From Candidatus Iainarchaeum sp. (GTDB lineage Archaea > Iainarchaeota > Iainarchaeia > Iainarchaeales > CSSED10-239): a DNA stretch of 32,000 nucleotides. The DNA is taken from NCBI GenBank assembly GCA_037441475.1, contig JBBISB010000001.1:577465-609464 (forward strand), in the 5' to 3' direction. The translations under genes were made by a program, and so were the position numbers. The notes beneath the pieces are model-generated. The model ran no database searches and was not told the origin of the DNA. It saw only the letters and a list, made by a program, of their open reading frames with translations. Shown here piece after piece: positions 28,304 to 32,000 of this stretch (positions are counted from its first letter, which is position 1; each line of letters begins with the position of its first letter).

Positions 28304-29001
28304 TTATCTTTTTTTAATTGGTTTTTTTCTAAGTCTCTTTATTCTCACAATTGGTTTTTTATTTTTAATCTTTAAAAGTTGTTCTTGATATTTATTAACT
28401 ATAATTGATACTTTATTTTTATTGAGGTTAATAAAACCTTGTTTTGTAAAGTAATCGTCTCTTATTTTTTTAGTTAAGATAAGTCTTTGGTTAAGTGCTT
28501 TTATTTTTTCTTTATAATAGCTTATTCTTTTCTCATCAATTAAATTATTTCCTGTTGCATTTTTATTTTCAATAATATTTTTTATAAGACGTTCCATTTC
28601 TTTTATTCTTCCTTCAATTACTCCAGAAGATATATCAGGATAACTTATATGTCTTGAAAGTCTTTCAGGAGTCTGATATACCTTAAGACAAGAAGCTATA
28701 AATGGTGTTAAAAGTAATTGGTGCCAGTTTGAAGGGTGCTTAAAATCAGGGTTATTTATACCCTGTATACTTTGTATCTCAATATTTTTTTTAGTAATAG
28801 TAAATCCAAGAATAGCTACTCTTTGATTTTTATACTCAAGAGTAATTAATTTTCTTAAGATGTTACTTTCAATAATAAATCTATCTTTAAAAACATGGTT
28901 TTCAACTGCTTTGAGTCTATAATCTTTAGTTACATCTATTTTTGTAATTTCATCTACTACTTCTTTAATTAGTTGTGCACTTTTTTTTCCTCAAAATTCA
29001 T
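28304..29001 (-). CDS. Hypothetical protein of about 233 aa, frame broken at an A8 run (T8 on + strand, 28981-28988)
   Basis: ATG 29001 gives MNFEEKK then VHN*. The -1 related frame is open from 28990 to 28304 without any ATG/GTG/TTG until 28597: ...SAQLIKEVVDEITKIDVTKDYRLKAVENHVFKDRFIIESNILRKLITLEYKNQRVAILGFTITKKNIEIQSIQGINNPDFKHPSNWHQLLLTPFIASCLKVYQTPERLSRHISYPDISSGVIEGRIKEMERL... One added A joins them. Confidence 0.7.
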
Positions 29002-29016
29002 TGCTAATCCCTATAC

Positions 29017-29301
29017 TTAAAGATTATTAAAAAATGAAAGTTCTTTTTTCTTTTTCTTGAAGAGGTTTAAAGGATTTTTAGTTGTTTTGCCTAAACTAGT
29101 TTCTTTTTTCTCTCTTTTAGGTTTTGGTTCGTTTTTAACAACTTTCTTTTTTTTAAAAAGTCTATCCAATATTCCTTCTTCATATCCTAGTGGTTTCTTC
29201 TTATACTTTACAGGTTTTTCTTGTTCAATATCATCCAAAGACCCAGATCCTTTATCATAAATAGCTTCATTTAAATAATTTTGTTCCTTACTTCTAGCCA
29301 T
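29017..29301 (-). CDS. Hypothetical small, highly charged protein
   Basis: 94 aa, Lys-rich (MARSKEQNYLNEAIYDKGSGSLDD...KKKKELSFFNNL); 15 nt upstream of the next minus-strand gene start. Confidence 0.65.
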   Translation of the reverse strand: MARSKEQNYLNEAIYDKGSGSLDDIEQEKPVKYKKKPLGYEEGILDRLFKKKKVVKNEPKPKREKKETSLGKTTKNPLNLFKKKKKELSFFNNL

Positions 29302-29445
29302 ACCTTTCTCACCTTTTACCTTACAAATTTACCTTAACTATTATAGTCTACAGTTATCTTTAAAATACCTTTTCATTTAGAAATATTCTTTTTTATTACA
29401 ACCACTGTTTTTTAAATATTCCCTCTATAAAACATAAATATATAA

Positions 29446-29475
29446 ATATATTTATATTAGATATATTTATATTAG
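29446..29475. repeat. Short tandem repeat, 2 x 15 nt (ATATATTTATATTAG)
   Basis: Direct reading of 29446-29460 and 29461-29475 in the intergenic/promoter region. Confidence 0.8.
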
Positions 29476-29503
29476 ATATATACATATAACATTAATAGAT
29501 ACG

Positions 29504-30154
29504 GTGAAAAAAGATATGAGACTTAGAAAAAAAAATTTAATTGAAAATGAAAAAGAAATTGTAAGCTTAAACCCAAAAAGCCTAGTTTCTCATTTTTATA
29601 ACAAGGTAGACTTAACAACAGCAGCAATAGTTATTTTTATATCAATATTTATAGAAACATTACTTTTATTATTCTTAAAGTCTCCAAATGTTTTATCTTT
29701 TTTTACAATAAGAATAATTGTGTCCTTCATCTTTAGTTGGATAATCTTAGGTGCTATTCTTTACCTTATACTTTACTTTGTAAAAGGTAAAAACAATTTA
29801 AAGGGTGGAGAGTATAAACAAATACTTTCAGGCCTTGCTTCCTTTAGAGTAGTTTCAATCTTATCAGTTTTAGTTGTTCTTGCAATAGTCTTAATATTCA
29901 TGCCAAAGCTTATACCTTTCATGTCTGTTGCTATGCAAAACCCAGCTGGTTTTTTAGAGAGTGGAATAATGTCTTCTTTAGGTGCAGGTGTTGGTATTTT
30001 CTTACTAATCATCTTTGCTATAGCTTTAATCATCTACTACATTTCAATGCTTTATAATTTTGTAAAGAACATGTATGATTTTGAGATTGCAGGAAATCTT
30101 TTAATGACTCTTGTTATCTTAATAGTAATGGTTCTTTTCTCAACAATCCTTTAA
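29504..30154 (+). CDS. Yip1-like multi-spanning membrane protein
   Basis: About five hydrophobic helices; Yip1-domain-like layout (FFTIRIIVSFIFSWIILGAILYLILYFVKG...). Confidence 0.6.
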   Translation: MKKDMRLRKKNLIENEKEIVSLNPKSLVSHFYNKVDLTTAAIVIFISIFIETLLLLFLKSPNVLSFFTIRIIVSFIFSWIILGAILYLILYFVKGKNNLKGGEYKQILSGLASFRVVSILSVLVVLAIVLIFMPKLIPFMSVAMQNPAGFLESGIMSSLGAGVGIFLLIIFAIALIIYYISMLYNFVKNMYDFEIAGNLLMTLVILIVMVLFSTIL

Positions 30155-30214
30155 TTTTTTATTTTTTTTAAAAAATAATAAAAGGATAAGTTATAAAGCA
30201 AAAATAGGTTTTTC

Positions 30215-32000
30215 ATGATAAAAGAAATAAAAAAAGAAACTGGTGTTTTCTTAACTTCCTTTTATGATGAGGGCATTTATGTAACTATTAAAGATGAGAA
30301 AGGTATTAAAAAAAATCTCTTTTATGACTTCTCTCCTTACCTTTACCTTGTTTCTGAAAAACCATTAACTGAAGAAGATTGTTTTCTTCTTATTAATTCT
30401 TTAAAAAATCTCTTAGAGATTATAAAAACAGAAAAAGAAAACTTCAATAACTGTTATAAACTTCTCTTTAAAGACATTGATTCCTTTCTTTCTTCAAGAG
30501 AACATTTAAAAGAAACAAATCTTTCTTCTTCCTTTAAGCTTAAGGAATATGATATTCCTTTTATACAAAGGTTCTTTATAGACAACTCCCTTTCTTGTTT
30601 TAAAAAAATCACTTACACTTACAAGGAAGATAAACTACTTTCTTTTGAGATTTTAGAGGACATCTCTCCAGAGTCTTTGTCTCACCTAACCTTTGATATT
30701 GAGGTCCTTCCTCCAAACGACTTGTCTTTTCCAGAGCCAAAGTCTTCTCCAATTCTTTCAATATGCACAATGGATGAAGCCTACAACTACAAGGTTTTTT
30801 TCTTAAAGGACATTTCCTTTAAAGAAGAGGACTTTTATAAGTCTTTTAAAAAAGAAAAAACAGAGGTGTTCTTTTTCACAGACGAGTCTTTAATGATAGA
30901 TGCTTTTTTTAAACATCTAGAAACAAAAGACCCTGATTTGCTTTTCACATATAACGGAGATCGTTTTGATTTTGAGTATATCTATAAAAGATATAAAACC
31001 ATTAAGTCTCAAGAGATTAATTTTTCAAAAAAAATAACCTTTCATAAAAGAGGAAATACTTCTGTCTCCATTGATAACATAATCCATATTGACACATATA
31101 TCTTAATGAGGCTCTTAAACTATCTTCAGGTCTTTAACTACTCAAAGCTTGACCTTAACTCTGTTTATGCAAAGATAACTGGTAATAAAAAAATTATTTT
31201 AAAGGTAAAGGACTTTATAGACCTTTACTCTTCTCAAGAGTACAGTAAGATAATAGAGTATAACATGGATGATGTTTATGCCACTTACTATCTTTCCATA
31301 AACTATCTTTCAATAGTTAATGAAATTTCAAAACTAATCTCTTCCCCTATCTATGATACCTTAAGGACATCAGCAGGGCAGATGATAGAAAAGCTTTTCA
31401 TTTACAATTACTTTAAGAAAAACATTATTCTAGAGGAAAGACCAGGTCCTAATACCATTTCAAGAAGGTATGAGTATAGCTTTACTGGTGCTTTTGTAAA
31501 AGCCCCTTTAGTTGGCTTGCATGAAAACATTGCTGTTGTAGATTTTAGAAGCTACCATATATCTATTTTAATGGCATACAACATAAGCCCAGAAACAATA
31601 AACATTCCATGTAAAGATTTTGAAGAGATTTTAGGTTATAAAATATCTAAAGACAAAAAAGGCTTTGTTCCTGGGCTTTTAGAAAACTTCTTATCTTTAA
31701 GGGTTTCAATTAAAAATCAAATGAAAACTTTTCCAAAAGACTCTCAAGAGTATAAAAGTCTTTATGCAAAGCAGTTTGCTTTAAAGATACTTCTTGCTTC
31801 AACCTATGGTTACATGGGTTTTTCAGGTGCAAGATGGTACTGTAGACCTTGCCTTGAGATAATGTATCATTTGGTAAGAACAAAGATACAGGAGACAATT
31901 GATCTTTTCATTTCCCGAGGGTATACTGTTGTATACGGGGACACAGACTCTTGTTTTATAAAGTTTGAAGATAAAGAAAAACTTTCAAAGGACATAGAAA
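30215..32000 (+). CDS. polB: DNA polymerase family B, 5' part (runs off window; absent from ORF track)
   Basis: Manual translation. ExoI LTFDIEVL, ExoII YNGDRFDFEYI, ExoIII YNMDDVYATYY, motif A region IAVVDFRSYHISILMAYNISPETI, motif B region QFALKILLASTYGYMGFSGARWYCRPC, motif C VVYGDTDSCFIKF. Confidence 0.96.
   Translation, partial: MIKEIKKETGVFLTSFYDEGIYVTIKDEKGIKKNLFYDFSPYLYLVSEKPLTEEDCFLLINSLKNLLEIIKTEKENFNNCYKLLFKDIDSFLSSREHLKETNLSSSFKLKEYDIPFIQRFFIDNSLSCFKKITYTYKEDKLLSFEILEDISPESLSHLTFDIEVLPPNDLSFPEPKSSPILSICTMDEAYNYKVFFLKDISFKEEDFYKSFKKEKTEVFFFTDESLMIDAFFKHLETKDPDLLFTYNGDRFDFEYIYKRYKTIKSQEINFSKKITFHKRGNTSVSIDNIIHIDTYILMRLLNYLQVFNYSKLDLNSVYAKITGNKKIILKVKDFIDLYSSQEYSKIIEYNMDDVYATYYLSINYLSIVNEISKLISSPIYDTLRTSAGQMIEKLFIYNYFKKNIILEERPGPNTISRRYEYSFTGAFVKAPLVGLHENIAVVDFRSYHISILMAYNISPETINIPCKDFEEILGYKISKDKKGFVPGLLENFLSLRVSIKNQMKTFPKDSQEYKSLYAKQFALKILLASTYGYMGFSGARWYCRPCLEIMYHLVRTKIQETIDLFISRGYTVVYGDTDSCFIKFEDKEKLSKDIE

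Noticed and set aside
29446-29475. Possible CRISPR or iteron array
   Set aside because: Only two direct copies of a 15-nt AT-rich unit without spacers; more likely simple-sequence duplication in a promoter.
31710-31898. 62-aa minus-strand ORF in the polymerase region
   Set aside because: Antisense within the continuous polB reading frame, which I verified line by line.
1-32000. Defence system, prophage, transposon or novel multigene operon
   Set aside because: No reverse transcriptase, nuclease/helicase cluster, integrase, transposase, toxin-antitoxin pair or repeat array was seen; gene content is predominantly core information processing.

Overview
AT-rich archaeal chromosome segment made mostly of conserved informational genes. 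The very small gene complement, the 'KGQ/KAQ' pilin-like proteins and the divergence of several families suggest a DPANN-type lineage (inference only). The window opens inside an archaeal exosome/proteasome superoperon: partial upstream ORF (possibly Rpp30), Pop5-like, PsmA, hypothetical, SBDS, Rrp4, Rrp41, Rrp42, L37Ae, RpoP (missing from the ORF track), Brix/Imp4-like, Pcc1, prefoldin beta. Downstream are a cytidylate kinase-like gene, a PHP phosphoesterase, a histone, tRNA-Arg(TCG), a Zn-ribbon protein plus EF-1beta, a four-gene pilin-like cluster, ABCE1, RfcL, PCNA, LonB, RNase Z, PheS/PheT, MetRS, eIF5A, a Yip1-like membrane protein and the 5' part of a family B DNA polymerase. I did not find a defence island, CRISPR array, mobile element or an obvious new multigene system. 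The observations most worth following up are: (1) three genes, each interrupted by one apparent +/-1 nt frameshift at or near a homopolymer; (2) a metG leader region with a Met-containing mini-ORF, a GC-rich hairpin plus T6 and competing folds; (3) a DNA polymerase B with a non-canonical motif A (DFRSYHISI) and motif B (KILLASTYG); (4) repeated hairpin plus T-run structures at gene ends; (5) several lineage-restricted-looking hypothetical genes embedded in core operons.
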